Assembly (NCBI GenBank): GCA_951406725.2
Contig: OX597824.1
Location: 61,442,001-61,506,000 of the forward strand
Direction: 5' to 3'
Origin: Octopus vulgaris
Lineage: Eukaryota
DNA: 64,000 bases
Within the stretch, counting starts at the first letter, position 1. The number at the start of each line of letters is the position of its first letter. The notes under the pieces were generated by a model. It searched no databases and was not told the origin of the DNA. It was given only the letters and a program-made list of their open reading frames with translations. Of the stretch, positions 1 through 14,502 are shown piece after piece. The translations under genes and the position numbers were made by a program.

Positions 1-610
1 GTTTCGCTTTCGCGAATTATGACACTGAAATTATTGTAATTTCGTATTTTCTTTACAAGATTTCAGTCCAGGTTCTTGTATGAAAGTTTGTGAATGAATC
101 AACAAGTAGATCTCAGGGGAGATAATTGATGATAGTTATTACTCGGGACAGGGGAGGTAATTGCTCATTTTTAGTGTGGTATAAATAAACACAGGGAATC
201 TCCAGCCAAATTTCAGTTTTTCCATCTACCAGTCCAAAGAAGCAATTCCAGTATAAGAATATTTTAATAAAGAAAGAATGATTTATTGAAAAATACAGAA
301 CACGGCTAAATATGAACACATAACCAACTTTGGTCTCAGTATATATTTTAATTCATAATCAGATATCCTTCAATGTGCATATCTCATCTCACTAATTTAA
401 CTTATGAGTTTTTATGTATTTATTTATCCCACCCCTAAAATGAGCAATTACCCCCTCTGTTCCGAGTAATAACTATCATCTATTATCTCCCCTTAGATCT
501 ACATGATTCATTCACAAACATTCATAAAAGAATATGGACTAAAATCTAAAGAAAATACGAAATTACTATAATTTCAGTGTCATGATTAGTGAAAGCGAAA
601 CCGGTCGACA
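1..610. repeat. Imperfect fold-back element (arms ~1-190 and ~415-601) ending in a hammerhead-like motif; probable PLE pLTR derivative
   Basis: 1-190 is the reverse complement of ~415-601, e.g. gtttcgctttc...gacactgaaatta vs taatttcagtgtc...gaaagcgaaac. The left arm is cut by the window edge. Confidence 0.85.
578..610 (+). ncRNA. Minimal type I hammerhead ribozyme-like motif, A3-U8 core variant
   Basis: TGTC-ATGATTA-GT(GAAA)GC-GAAAC-CG-GTC-GACA: helix I TGTC/GACA, GNRA-capped 2-bp helix II, palindromic ACCGGT helix III, GUC site. Confidence 0.6.
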
Positions 611-745
611 ACCACAATATTCTCTCATTTAAAATATACTAAGACTATGTAAACAGTGTGCATTTTCCTTCTTTTATTTTACTTATATATTTTTGCATTA
701 CAACTCACCACGTTGTGATAACCAAAAATTCTCTTCCTCCCTTTT

Positions 746-792
<47 letters not shown>

Positions 793-1341
793 GTACGCGG
801 CTAATGACATATCTACATCTGTCCGCATATTGCCCACAACGCTCACGCCTATACACGCATACATATGTAACTCTGTGTAATGTAAGAACAATCTTGTAAC
901 TCATTAACAATGATTGATCATCAATGAAAGCCGAGAAAGCCTTATTTGTATCTAGGTTGTTTTGTTCGATCTTACATACATGTCACCTTTTCCTCATTTA
1001 TCTCAAAAGGTCGGCAACGTTGTGTGACAGAGAGAAGGAAATGAGGTATATGAAAAAAACAATGACAGAAAAAGACAGTGTGAAAGAATTAAGAAAAAGA
1101 GTGCGAGGAAGAGGACGTAAAATAAGCATGGATAATCTTCCGATTTCGCTCAATATTTACATGTCAGATACGTAAGTGAATATACATATATTTCGTTTGT
1201 ATTTGTAATAGTACTTTTCATTTTAAAAATACAATGCACGAACGGCAACAGTTCAAAGTTTATGAAAGTGAAACTACTATACTGATATAAATACTTAATT
1301 ACTCACTACTTTCATTTTGCTCGTGTATAGTACAACCATAT

Positions 1342-1548
1342 ATTTTCTCTTTTGCTTGTGTCAGTCATTGAATTGCGGCCTTGCTGGAGTACCGCCTTGG
1401 AGGGGTTTAGTCGAACGAATCGTCCATAGTACTTACTTTTTAAAGGCTTGTACTTATGTAATCCTACATATTTTTGCTCTACTACTTCTTTACGGGGACG
1501 CAAACAAACTAAAAATAGTTGTCAAGCGGTTTTGGATGGGAACAAAAC
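1342..1548 (-). mobile_element. tRNA-derived SINE (family A), 3' part
   Basis: Reverse complement of the 3' half of the copies at 26397-26780 and 29368-29830 (cagtcattgaattgcggcc, ctggagtaccgcc). Confidence 0.75.
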
Positions 1549-2159
1549 TCCAGGCTTCTAGATTAAGCTTGATCTCATATACTCATGGTATGTTTAAAAT
1601 GTTGCTATGGACACCAGAGCCACATTTCTAAATAATCCTCTCAACATATATTCGTCTCAATAGAATGAGACCAAGATCTGACATTTTAACAGAACGGCAT
1701 CTATATATCTCGGGAAAATATTGTTGTGACCAATAAAATTTGACAGAGATGTATATGGCACATAGAAATTTAATTTTGTAAAATTACTTTTAACTTCAAA
1801 AAGTCAAATGGTTATTCAAAGCTTTGTACACGAGTCATTAAATTTAGCAGCAATATTATAAACACTAAAGGCAAAAAAAAAATAATTGAATAATAAAATA
1901 GAAGAGTAATTAAAATCAGTAGCAATATTTCATATAATGAAACTAGAAAAAAGACAAAGTAAAAAATACCAGAAGCGCGAAAAGTCAATAGAGCTTAGAA
2001 ACCAATAATTTATCAAGTTGTTTCTCTATATTTTGTACAATTTTCGTATTTACGCTTCCATCCAAAGGTGAAATGTTCAATGAAAGTACACATAACTAAA
2101 GATATTTCACATTCATTTAGATGATATACGCACCATAAATAGAATCCAATAAACATTGA

Positions 2160-2380
2160 ATAATGGTTTCAAACTTTAATACAAGACCAGCTAGCTCGGA
2201 GGAGAGTTTAAGTTGCTTACACCGACCCCAATTATCGACTAGTACTTATTTTATTGACCCTGAAAGATAAAAGACAAAGCAAAAGAAAAAAGGATCTTGG
2301 CGGAATTTGAACTCAAAATATAAAGAGGTAGCTAATGATGAGTATTTTGTCCGGCATGCTAACTATTCCGCCAATTCACA
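2160..2380 (-). mobile_element. SINE (family B), diverged
   Basis: Shares gtacttattttattgaccctgaaag...ggcggaatttgaactc with 21548-21768 and 54470-54685. Confidence 0.7.
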
Positions 2381-3030
2381 TCATCTAAAGGGGGATATGT
2401 TCGCCGTTAACGAAATACAATATCGGTCAAGTATCGTTAGAATCTGCCGGTACGTTTTAAGAATAATTAGTTGCAATATTGTTTCGATTTTCGCTTTTCT
2501 GCATACTCCCATTGATATTGTAATTATTTCAGAAGTAATTTCCTAGTGTAAACTTTTATATATTTCACATTGCCAACCGATACAAAGTACACTTTATTTA
2601 TCGTTGTTTACACCCAAACCAGACTTTCGTATTGTCATGTTACAAGTCGTAACTACACATTCAAACAAGTGAACCTAACGTTAGGGTACTATTATCAAAA
2701 ATAGTTATTTCCCTTCATGCTTTGATTTGTTTTCATTAGTTGCATTAGGTTTAAAATATGAGATATATAAAATAATATTGAAAGATTATTCAACATTTTA
2801 TTAGTTGTTAAAAATATATACATGTATCACCTTTCCATACATATTTAGAACAAGACGTATTTAAAAACGACTGTAGATAACTGATGGAAAAATTAAATAC
2901 AAGAATCAATTTGGCCATTGAGAGAAATGTAACTATCCGATGGTGAAACGACCACCAGTGAAATGCGCATTCGCTAAATAACCATCGGTCATCTGTCCGG
3001 TTAGGTAAATACACATATACATATATAAAT

Positions 3031-3062
3031 AATTAGCAGAGATACCCGGCCTTGCTCGGGAT
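3031..3062 (-). mobile_element. Probable Helitron 3' terminus
   Basis: Minus strand reads CCCGAGC-AAG-GCCGGG hairpin, short spacer, then CTAA (CTRR). A related end lies at 3501-3531. Confidence 0.45.
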
Positions 3063-3104
3063 TAAAATCGCATATTTTTTTTAATGTTTTACTTGTTTTG
3101 GCAC

Positions 3105-3360
3105 CGTCGTTGGTCGAAGAAATCAACCACAGGATGTATCCTTTGTAAGCCTAGTACTCCTTCTGTCAGTGTCTTTTACCAAACCGCTAAGTTACGGGAA
3201 TCTAAACACAGCAGCATCAGTTGTCAAGCAATGGTGGGGGTACAAGCACAAGCCACACGCACACGCATACACAAATATGCACATATATACGAGTCTCTTC
3301 CAGTTTCTGAGTACGAAATCCACTCACAAGGTTATGGTTGGCCTGAGGCTATAATAAGCA
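3105..3360 (-). mobile_element. tRNA-derived SINE (family A), partial
   Basis: Contains aaaccgctaagttacggg and aaatccactcacaagg...gaggctata, matching other copies. Confidence 0.75.
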
Positions 3361-3408
3361 CGCACACACATACACACACACACTCTCTCACTCACACACA
3401 CGCACACA

Positions 3409-3490
<82 letters not shown>

Positions 3491-4298
3491 CATACACATA
3501 TAGTAGCTGACATACCCGGTAATACCCGGGAAAGCGGGCTTATCCCTTGGTTCCATTCTCATAATTGTTTCACTAATCCAGTAACAACAATACAAAGTAT
3601 GTAGCCCTTAAAGCAGTTTTTGTGTATTTATTGAGAATACCGAACTGTCTTACAAAGGATCTTGTTTTTAGGAATTCCTAGTAAGTAATGAATACTCAAA
3701 TTGCGAAGTCATTTATGTAATAACATGAAATTAATTACCCTATAGTAAGAATTCAAATAAAATTGCCTCGAAAAGGGCTTTAATACATTCCCAGAGTATA
3801 TAGAACATAGGAGGAAATACTAATAAGGTATGTATACTAAAATCGTGAAACATGTTACGTAATAACAGGCTAATCAGATATGAGATATACAATTCAAAGT
3901 AATTAACTGTGAAAAAAAAAGCTTTGGTGCGTTCCCAGAGAATATTACCCTCAGCAGCGCTAGTGTTTACTTGTCTAAGCCTTGTACTGAATAAATTGAG
4001 AAAATAACTAAAATAGTTCAAATACTAAGAAATAAGCATACTGAAGATGAATGGGTTATTTCCCTTGGTGGTTATTTCCAGGAGGGAATGGGTTATTTCC
4101 TCTGCAATCTTAAAAAATCATTACTCCCACCGTTCACTCACGCCCAAATGTTATTCCTCCTGCCGTTTACCCGAACATTTATCATTATTAAGCAGTGGTT
4201 TGCAAATGTGCATATTGTTTATCATTCATATACATATGCACATTCATTTTTGCGATTATATATATGTGCTTCTATGTGTGTATATATAATTATATGTA

Positions 4299-5584
4299 TC
4301 AGGTCATCCTATAAGTTCTGTCCGAATTTTGAATAAAGAAAGCAAGTGATCAAATGTTATGTTATATGTAATTGAAACTTAATCATCATTTTACTTTCCC
4401 CGATTATCTATGACTTCCTATTAACAAGCTTTTAAAACCAATCAATGTAAAACTCTTTTGGTTTCAAAGCACAGGACTCTGAAATGTCAGTTTCGACCTC
4501 CTCCTGGCTTGCGAAAGTTATGTACCCCAAATGATTCTGTAAACTACGAAACAAATCGTAGTCTGAAGGAACAAGGTCGGGAGAATAATGTGGATGAGGA
4601 ATTTTTTCCCAACCAAGCTCTTCGATCTTCTGTGATGTGATCTTTGCAGTGTGGGGTCGCGCATTGCCCTGATGTAACATCACTCCTTTTCGATTCACTA
4701 AAGTGGATCTTTTTTTCTTCAAAGCTTGGGTCGAACGCTCTAATTGCTGACAGTAGACTTGAGCATTGATTACTGCATTAGGTGTTAACAATTCAAAGGG
4801 AATTACTCCTCTGCAACCCACCAGATAGAGAGAAGAACCTTTTTCCCATGAAGTTCCCTTCTCGGTTGTGGTTGAGCTTTTTCCCTTTTACCAAGCCACT
4901 GTTTACGACGTTTAACATTTCGATAGAATATCCATTTTTCGTCACCAGTCACAAGTCTATCCAAAAAGGGTGAAATGAGTTCGCTAGAATGGAGAGAAGA
5001 GCAGATGTTAACTCGTGATTTGTGGTTGCTTTCGGACAATTCATGAGTCACCCATTTTTCAAGTTAAAGAAGCTTTCCAAGTTGTTGAAGATGACGATGA
5101 ACAGTTGTATGGTTTGAACTAAGCCTTATTGCTAATTCTTTAATTGATAGTCCAAGATTTTCTTCAAGTAATGCCTCAATGAGCTTATTATCAAACTCAG
5201 CTGGATCTCCTGTTCGATCTTCAACTTCAAGGCTGAAATCTCCACTTCTGAATTTTGCAAAACATCTTCTGCAAGTTCTTTCATTCAAGCATTCTTTCCC
5301 ATAAACTGAGCGCATTTTTCGAGTCACTTCGGCTGCAGAGTTTCCTTTTTTGTACTCTTAAAACATTATGTGCCTTAAATGCTCTTTGGATACTTCCATG
5401 TTAGAAAGGGTTTTAACTAAAGAAATTTTAATTCTATTATTCTGTAAAGTAATATTTGATTAGTTTAAATGTACACAAGTGCATAAAAATAATTTTTAAT
5501 TCCATTAGACATTCTAAAATACTATTAAATTTCATTCAATTTAAAAGAAAGGTAAAATCGGACAGAACTTATGGGATGACCTAA
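4299..5584 (-). mobile_element. Mariner (DD34D) transposon, full length ~1.29 kb, transposase frameshifted
   Basis: TIRs tcaggtcatcctataagttctgtccga / tcggacagaacttatgggatgacctaa, flanked by TA. Motifs WVTHEL, VTGDEKW, LHQGNARPH, YSPDLVPSDY spread over three ORFs. Confidence 0.95.
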
Positions 5585-5599
5585 TAAATCCCCAAAATG

Positions 5600-5930
5600 G
5601 AACAGGTACGCAATAGACAACAAATCACCTGGACAGACATATGATACAAAGACAGGCAAGAAAATCAATAAAAAGACGGTGAGGAAAAAACAAGGACGGG
5701 CTCATTCGCAGCTTCCTCTCATCAGTGAAGTTGCCAAATTATCCTTACATTTTCGGACGGTTACACTTAAGACTCTTCAAATCTGTCTGACGCCAGAAAC
5801 CTAAGCCAAGAGTATTAAATATCTTGGGAGAAAGTAAGTGAATGTGTATAGCAACAAAGACAAAAGAATAAATAAATAAAAAATCCGAGAAAATATTACA
5901 CAGTTACAAATACAAACCACGGATAAGGAT
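5600..5930 (-). repeat. Dispersed repeat, diverged homolog of 13255-13600; probable PLE terminal repeat
   Basis: Collinear similarity, e.g. aaaaaacaaggacggg..cattc and attatc.tt.ca.tttcgg..ggtta. Confidence 0.6.
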
Positions 5931-6487
5931 AGACTATAAAAAACTCCCCAGACAGATTTCTTACTCCCAACTATACAAGGAAAAAAGAAACCAGGGAAGA
6001 ACTAAACTGAGATTCAAAGATACTGAATAAAGGAACATGAACTGGAAAGGAATTGATCATAATACATGGCAAACCCAATCGAAAAACTGACCAGGAAGTA
6101 GAAAGCTTATTAAGTTATGCCAAAACCACGAAGATTCATAGTCGTGAAGTCTGACAGCATATATATATACATACAGATAGATAGATATATGTAGGGAGAG
6201 AGAAAGAGAGAGAGAGAGAGAGAGATTGAGGGAGAAAGGGATGATATTTATAGAGTAAGTTGTCTCGCTCATAGTCGATTCTCCATTTTTGACCAACATT
6301 TATCTTCATATTAAATTATTTTCTTGCAAGGAGGTTGACATATGTAAAAGAAATAAACATAATTTCTAATTATTTATTACTTTATTGTTGATAATACACG
6401 CGAGACCATACTCTGTAGAGTTAAATACATAATTCATTGCCTTTCTTTCTGTCTCCGTATCTCTCCCTCTTTCTCTGTCTCTCACTA

Positions 6488-6818
<331 letters not shown>

Positions 6819-7307
6819 CTTTTTGATGAGTGTGTATACGTCTCCAGCTTTGACACACAGAAGGATTTATGACTCTACGGAGACTTGACAAAATATTAGA
6901 ATCACAGATTAGAGTGGACAGCCATTTTGAATGAAAGAAATTTCACGATCTGTCGCACTAAAAGTGGTAAACTTCTCTCCTAAGATTTAGAAAGAAAATA
7001 TTCTATTTTTTTCATGTCACATACTTTCTCTAAGAATTATATTTTTACGTAGACAGTAAAAATATAGGGCAAATAAAATTACTTTCGCAGAAAGTCTCTG
7101 ATGCTTTATATCTATGGAGAATGTATTTATGTCATTAACTAACATTAAGTTGTTGAAATAAAAAAAACGCGCATATATTACTAAAATGTGCGACGATTAT
7201 GGTGAATTTTCAACTACCTACATCAGCGACAAGTATAACTTGTAATAAACAACACAGCTCAGAGGAACCTATGCTTCTGTAGTGTGTGTGTGCGTGTGTA
7301 TATATAT

Positions 7308-7385
<78 letters not shown>

Positions 7386-7599
7386 TTATATATATGTTTA
7401 CTTTTGTGTGTTTGTGTGTGTGTGTGTCTATGTGTGGAGTATATATTGATAATATAATAAAATGTTATATGATGTATTATATAACAATAACATATATTAT
7501 ATTGTTATTATAAAGGATTCTATGTAATATATATTATCCTTTGACTATAACATTATATTATTTCAAGTTCTCTCGAAGTTTCAAAATTCTTCGGATGTG

Positions 7600-7645
<46 letters not shown>

Positions 7646-7647
7646 CC

Positions 7648-8512
7648 ATAAGTAATGTTCATAGCCTCTTAAACATGGCTGCCCGTTCGTACGGACTTTA
7701 CTACGATTTTTTAACCCCAAGAGGACATCTCCTCTATCTCGTTAACTATGCACTTCTGCTCGTAATATATATATATAATTTCAAGCGACACAGTCGCTGA
7801 TTTTGCAACATATGAAAACGCTAGTTCTAAAATCTCTCTAAGAGATCAACGCAAAAGTTGTACTAACAAGTAATGTTTGTAGCCATTCAACATGGCTGTC
7901 CGTTTGAACGGATTTTACTGCGATTTCTTAACCTCAAGAGGACATATCCTCTAGTTGGTTAACGATGCATAGCTGCATCCGATGTATTACGAGCAGGAGA
8001 GCGAACACACTACTTTCTAACGACGGACCAGCTGACCAGTCTGGTTTCGGGCTCTTTTTGCACCTCTTGAGTACTAGACACTTCGTCTGCTAGAGCTGGC
8101 AGTAGCTCGCTTCTGTTCGCAATATATATAATTTAACACACAGTTGCTGATTTTGTGGCCCTTCAAATCATATATATTGCGAGAAGAAATGAGCTACTGC
8201 TATCTCTCGCAGACGAGGTGTCCAGTACTGAACAGAGGCAGAAACCAGAGGCAGAAGCCTGAAACCAGACTGGTCTGCTGGTCCCGTCGCTATAAGGTGG
8301 TAGGGGTTCGCTTCCCTATCAAAAATATATCAGATGCAATATATGAAATGCAGTTATGCATTGTTAACCAGCTAGAGGAGATGACCTCTTGCGGTTAAAA
8401 AATCACTGTAAAGTCTGTTCGAATGGACAGCCATGTTGAAGTGGCTACGAACACTACTTGCTTGTAAATCTACTGCATTGATCTCTTAGAGATTTTAGAA
8501 CTAGCATTTTTA
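7648..8512. repeat. Partial tandem plus inverted repeat element with two divergent HHR-like motifs; PLE pLTR-like
   Basis: 7650-7760 is repeated at 7868-7978. 7815-8130 is inverted relative to 8170-8510. Confidence 0.85.
8222..8281 (+). ncRNA. Hammerhead-like motif (degenerate, small duplication in helix II); inverted partner at 8028-8077
   Basis: CCAGTA-CTGAACAGA-GGC..AGAA-GCCT-GAAAC-CAGACTG-GTC-TGCTGG. Helix I CCAGTA/TGCTGG; helix III ACCAG/CTGGT. Confidence 0.55.
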
Positions 8513-8515
8513 CTC

Positions 8516-8586
<71 letters not shown>

Positions 8587-8704
8587 TGTGTGCGTGTGCT
8601 GTGTGTGTATGTGTGTGTGTGTGTCTGTGTGTATCTATCAATCTATCTATCTAGCTAGCTATTCATCTGTCTATATATACATACGCATGTATATGTGCAT
8701 GTAG

Positions 8705-8758
<54 letters not shown>

Positions 8759-9361
8759 GTATATATATGCATGTATACTAAAATTGATAAAATGAATACA
8801 GTGAATATGTGGTGGGGAGCAGAAAATTCTTCTAACAAAGTATCGAATAATATATAATAGTATCATTCGATTCTCTATTTGAAGAATTTCTAATGGGAAA
8901 ACTTTTACATGTCCATCTAACATGTAAAACCTTGTAATTCCAATTTGCAAGTGAAACAAATGTAATGGTGAATAAATAATGCCAAGACATTTCCATTTTT
9001 CTGTTTTCGTAAGCATACATGCATGCATTCATACAAACATGCACACAGAGAGACACATACACAGAGAGAGAGACACACACACACACGCACGCACGCACGC
9101 ACTCCCAGTCACACGCACAGACGCATACACACAGACACACAAACAGACATATACATATATATTTATAGATCCGCCACTAAGTGCGCAACTTTTTCTGAAG
9201 CCGTTTTCGGTAGGATTAAATTGCATTTATATGACATCACCAATTATCGAACACAGAAATAGTGTACATGGCAGATCAAATACAGGAATACCTAAATCCT
9301 GCTTCATGTTTCTCTCTCTATCTATCTGTCTATACATACATATTTGTATTTACGCACGCAC

Positions 9362-9453
<92 letters not shown>

Positions 9454-9455
9454 AT

Positions 9456-10520
9456 CCCCAACTATACGAACCTGTTTATTGGCTACGTTGAAGCCCAAAT
9501 ATTCTCAAGTTTCACTAGTCCCACTCCCGACCAGCATTTATCGGGAGTGGCCATGGGCCCCAACTATGCGAACCTGTTCGTTGGCTACGTTGAGACCCAA
9601 GTATTCTCAAGTTTCACTGGTCCCACTCCAGAGCAATACGGCCGTTATATCGACGACTGTACGACATCACTCTCCCGCGAACAGCTAGACTCCTTCCTCT
9701 CTTGTGTCAAATCTTTCCATCCTGCCCTCCACCTCTCCTGCACTATCTCTGACACCTCTGTCTCCTTTCTTGAAATTTCGATCAGCATTTATCACTCCAC
9801 TCTCACCACCTCCATCCACTACAAACACACACACTCACTCTCATACCTCAACTTCCCCTTCTCCCACACTAGTCACACCAAGCTTTCCATCCCCTATACC
9901 CAATTCCTCCGTCTACGCAGGCTCTGTAGTGACGACCATGATTTTGAGACTCAGTCTCAACTCATGGCTCGCCACTTCATCCTACGTGGATATCCCCTCA
10001 CCACTATCCGCACCACCCTTGCCAGAGCACATTCCATGGATCGTGCTCTCTCCCCCGGTCTCTTCCCCCGTCCCCGATTCGCCGTCTCCCGTCTTCCGTT
10101 TCCCCAACCTACCACTCCAACACCCTACCTATCCAACGCACCAATCTCTGAGCCTTCCGCGACTCCAGTCCGACCCCTCCACTTCGCACATCTTCCCTAA
10201 CCGACCCTCCCCTCCTTCAAACGAGCTCACAATCTACGGGACCTCATGGTCCCCAGCTTCTTCCCCAACCCAATCTCCCAAACCGGTTCGTTCCCCTGCT
10301 CCCGTCCACGCTGCTACCCTTACCTCTCCAACACCACCCTCCTCACCGGCACCCATCATCGACCCTATCACATCACCGACTCATTCAACTGCACTTCTAC
10401 CAATGACATCTACTGCATTTCCTGCTCTCTCTGCTCTTCTCTATACATCGGGCAAACGGGACGCCACTTGGCTCACTGTTTTGCGGAACACCTCCGAGAC
10501 ATTCGACTCGGCATTGACAC
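9456..10520 (+). pseudogene. Penelope-like element RT plus GIY-YIG endonuclease, 5'-truncated and frameshifted
   Basis: GVAMGPNYANLFVG, RYIDDC, LSIPYTQFLRLRRLCS, RGYP; then CSRPRC and IYCISCSLCSSLYIGQTGR..FAEH. A ~75 bp local duplication is present (9456-9528 vs 9559-9629). Confidence 0.93.
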
Positions 10521-10529
10521 TTTGATCAT

Positions 10530-11035
10530 GAACACTCAAGTAATGGAAAGTGGAATCCATCCATTCCCTCATCCATCCAGTTTCTACTCCTGCTATTCCC
10601 GCGAAGGTCGGATGAATAGAATCCTTAGATACCTCCTGCATAATGTCCTATTGAGGCAACCGTCACTAGATTTTCCGACTGAATTTCCAAGCGTGCCAAG
10701 CTGAAACTATAGATATTATTCATATATCTTTTTCTTCGGCTAACCGAAAGTCCCCTGGCGGTTGGAAGAATCTATCTAGCAATTTTTCCTGTGACATTCT
10801 GATCACAAGCCTGTTGTACTGGAGCTGTGACTTTTCAATGCGAAGAAGTAGCCGTTCTTACTGGAGAAATTCTCTGTTCTCTAAGCTACACAGCCTATCG
10901 AGTAACGTTACTCCAGACATCATTCGGAGCAACCCCATTTCGCTCAGTTGTATTAGCGAACGTACGCTTTCTGTTATTATCCGTCATTCATTACTGCTGC
11001 TAGCTAGACTGTTTTGTTGTACCAGAAACGTTTAA
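10530..11035 (-). pseudogene. RTE-clade LINE 3' fragment
   Basis: Manual minus-strand translation gives VRSLIQLSEMGLLRMMSGVTLLDRLCS..LLLRIEKSQLQ..VIRMSQEK, typical of the RTE ORF C-terminus. Confidence 0.75.
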
Positions 11036-12707
11036 AGTTACATAGTTCGAATTTGGGTACTATGTGTAATGGAAACAAAAATTACATATCCAAAATAAGC
11101 TCTGTCCGTACATCAATTTTGTTTTGAGTACAGTCCATGAAAAGACAAAAAAAAACTGTGTTCTGATATTTAATCTTGTTTGTCTTACGTATAGAAAACG
11201 CACGCACACACACACACACACGTATGCGCGCCCACATACACACGCACGCACGCACACACACGCATACGCGCACACACGCATACACACATGTAAATAAAAC
11301 TATTTTCTTCTGTTACGCAATATTTCACTAATAAAAAATCTACAGAAAAAAATTCTATCTGTTCTAACTCTATACAACACGTCAAACGGTCGGTGAGCTA
11401 AATGTAATACGTAAATCGAAATTACTTGCTTATTTGATTGATTGCTTAAATATTTGTTGCAGTGTCTCATAAACTATTGAAACTCGGACGTCATTTTTTA
11501 ACCATTGATTACGAGAAAAGTAAAAGTCATTTTTGTTTTGACTTTTAAAAAGTTTGCCTTACAAGCAAGTTTCATAAAAACTAGTTACACGCAAATCGAA
11601 ATTTTATTCCAAATATTTCTCTCTTTCTCGTTTTGTTTCTCTTACCTCACCACATACAATACACATATCCGTATTAACGTACAGAAAATAGTATATATAT
11701 ATATATATATATATATGTTTGTTTAACTATATAGGTGGATGTAGATATGTGTGCGTATGTGTAAGTACGTGTCTATGTACGAATGCACATTGGCAGAGTT
11801 GTTAGAGCATCGGATCTGATAACCCGAAGTACTGGTTCGGGCTCATTATATTCCGAGTTCAAATACAACCATGGTATCTTTGGATGTTAGACTAAATCCG
11901 TAGCCAGGTTTAACACCAACATCTCTCACCTTTCAGCAGAGGACAATCTGTTGAAGGCATTCGGGTCAGATCTCTACTTTGAGCGTACCTTCATCCCTCT
12001 ATTCAATCAGTCACTGTGATCCTATAAATTGTGATATGTCCTGAATTCTATCCTGACTAAAGATTCTTCTAGTTCACCGTCTGTCTACACTACAGTACCG
12101 GATAACTACCTAAACAATAAAACGAGAAATGTGACATCAAGCGCGGCCACGTTCCAAGCTGAGTCTTTTTTTACTTTCTTCTATTAGTACCAGCTTCAGA
12201 TTCTCGGAATCTGTTAGTCCAATACTCTCCATGAAAAGTTCTCGCTACAAGTGCTTCTCCTTCTCCTTCACCTTCATATATTATTTATGTTGTACCCAAA
12301 CTCGAATCAAGCTCTCTCACTGAGCATTACGCCCATCCCTTTCTTCTGAGAAAAGCAGTTCTCTGTAATAGTTTCAGTGGATATTAATTGCATTAATCTT
12401 AATGTCGTCTCCAAAGGTTTGCAACAGCTGTGAACACTGCGTTATCTCAAGACTAAGCTAGAAAGCCTTTGTAAATTCTTGCTTTCTTCGGTTATACCGA
12501 ATCATTATAACATACATATATAACAAATATATCTCTATATAATCAATTGCCACGTATTTGGAAACCAGTTGCACATGCACATACATATACACACACATGC
12601 CACCCCCGCACAAGCACACACTGACACATACTCACACATACATGTATATATATGCATAAATTTATATGAAGTATACATGTGTATCTGTATATGGATACGT
12701 ATATGTG

Positions 12708-12750
<43 letters not shown>

Positions 12751-12993
12751 GTGGATCGAAACAGTTTAATTCAAACTCATTTGTACACTTGAGTTTCAAG
12801 CGTGATGCTAGTTTTCAAGCATTTTGAATTTGAACGACAGAAGTAGATTGTTATTACCGTAAGTCTTACGGTGTGGTGCTTTGAATTTGGTATTGGTAAC
12901 AGTTAGTTGGAAAATGCCGCATGACCTAACATACACACCCTCACAGACAAAATAAAAATCTAATCTAATAGATTAGATCACCCTTCCTATTCT

Positions 12994-13251
<258 letters not shown>

Positions 13252-13254
13252 GAA

Positions 13255-13936
13255 TAAAAACATGGGACAAGAACGCAAAATATCCAGACAGTTAGATGAT
13301 AAAAACAGGGACAACAAATCATCCAGACAGCTGATACAAAAACAGGACAAGAAAAAACAAGGACGGGTCATTCTGAGCTTTATTTCCTCAGTCGAGTTCC
13401 AGATTATCTTTGCAATTTCGGCTGGTTATACTCGAGATTGCGCCAGTCTGGTCGGCTCCAAGGAAAAACTAAGCTCAGAGCACTAGATTTCTTGGAAGAA
13501 AGTAGCGAATGTATAGGAAAAGAAGGACGAAAAAAAAACGGCGAAATGGTACACAATACAAATAAATATAACAGGACATTAACAACAGGCGTCTTTCGAC
13601 TAAGGACGAATTAAATTAAGCTGGTGAGTGTGGAAGTGAACCCTTATGGCAAGGAATAAGAGATGACAGGCATGGGGAGGAATATAGATGTTGCGCGGAT
13701 GGTAGTCGAACCAAGAAAGAAAGGTCAGGCTTGGCCGATCACCGTTCACGTGGAGAGAGGTGAGAGTTAGAGGCAGAGAGATGGAAGATTCAGGGAGGGG
13801 CGAAAAAGGGGGATAGAGGGAAGTTGAGAATGAAGAGAAAGTCAGGAAATGTGAAAGAGGGGGAACGAAAGAAAGAAGAGTGGAAAGAACGAAGTAAGTG
13901 TGAAGGGGCTGATAGAAAGAAAGACAATTTATATAT

Positions 13937-14032
<96 letters not shown>

Positions 14033-14044
14033 CATATATATATT

Positions 14045-14075
<31 letters not shown>

Positions 14076-14502
14076 GAGGCCAAAATGTACGTACGCTGCC
14101 ATATGTATATAAAAAGGAATACAAAAAAATGGGACATGAACGCAAAACATCCTGGCAGTTAGATGATACAAAAAAGGGACAACGAATCATTCTTTCTTTC
14201 TTTCTATCAGCCCCTTCACACTTACTTTGTTCGTTCCATTCTTCTTTCTTTCGTTCCCCTTCTCTCACATTTCCAGGCTTTCTCACCTTCCCTCCTCTTT
14301 CACTTCCCTTTGTCCCTCTTTTTCGACCCTCCCTAATTTTTCTATCTCTCTGCTTCTACCTCTCACCTCTTTCTCCACGTGACCGATGTTCAGCCAAGCC
14401 TGACCTTTCGTTCTTGGTTCGAGCGTCCTTGTTTTCTCTTGTCCTTTTTTTTGTATTCCTTTTTATATACATATGGCGGCATACGTACACTTTGGCCTCT
14501 TA

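Noticed and set aside
11960-12500. Possible LINE RT remnant (FGDDIKI on the minus strand)
   Set aside because: A single short motif with no supporting collinear motifs.
12765-12930. Repeat shared with 60370-60580 showing GAAAC...GTA on the minus strand
   Set aside because: No convincing CUGANGA core or helix I in register, so it was not counted as an HHR.
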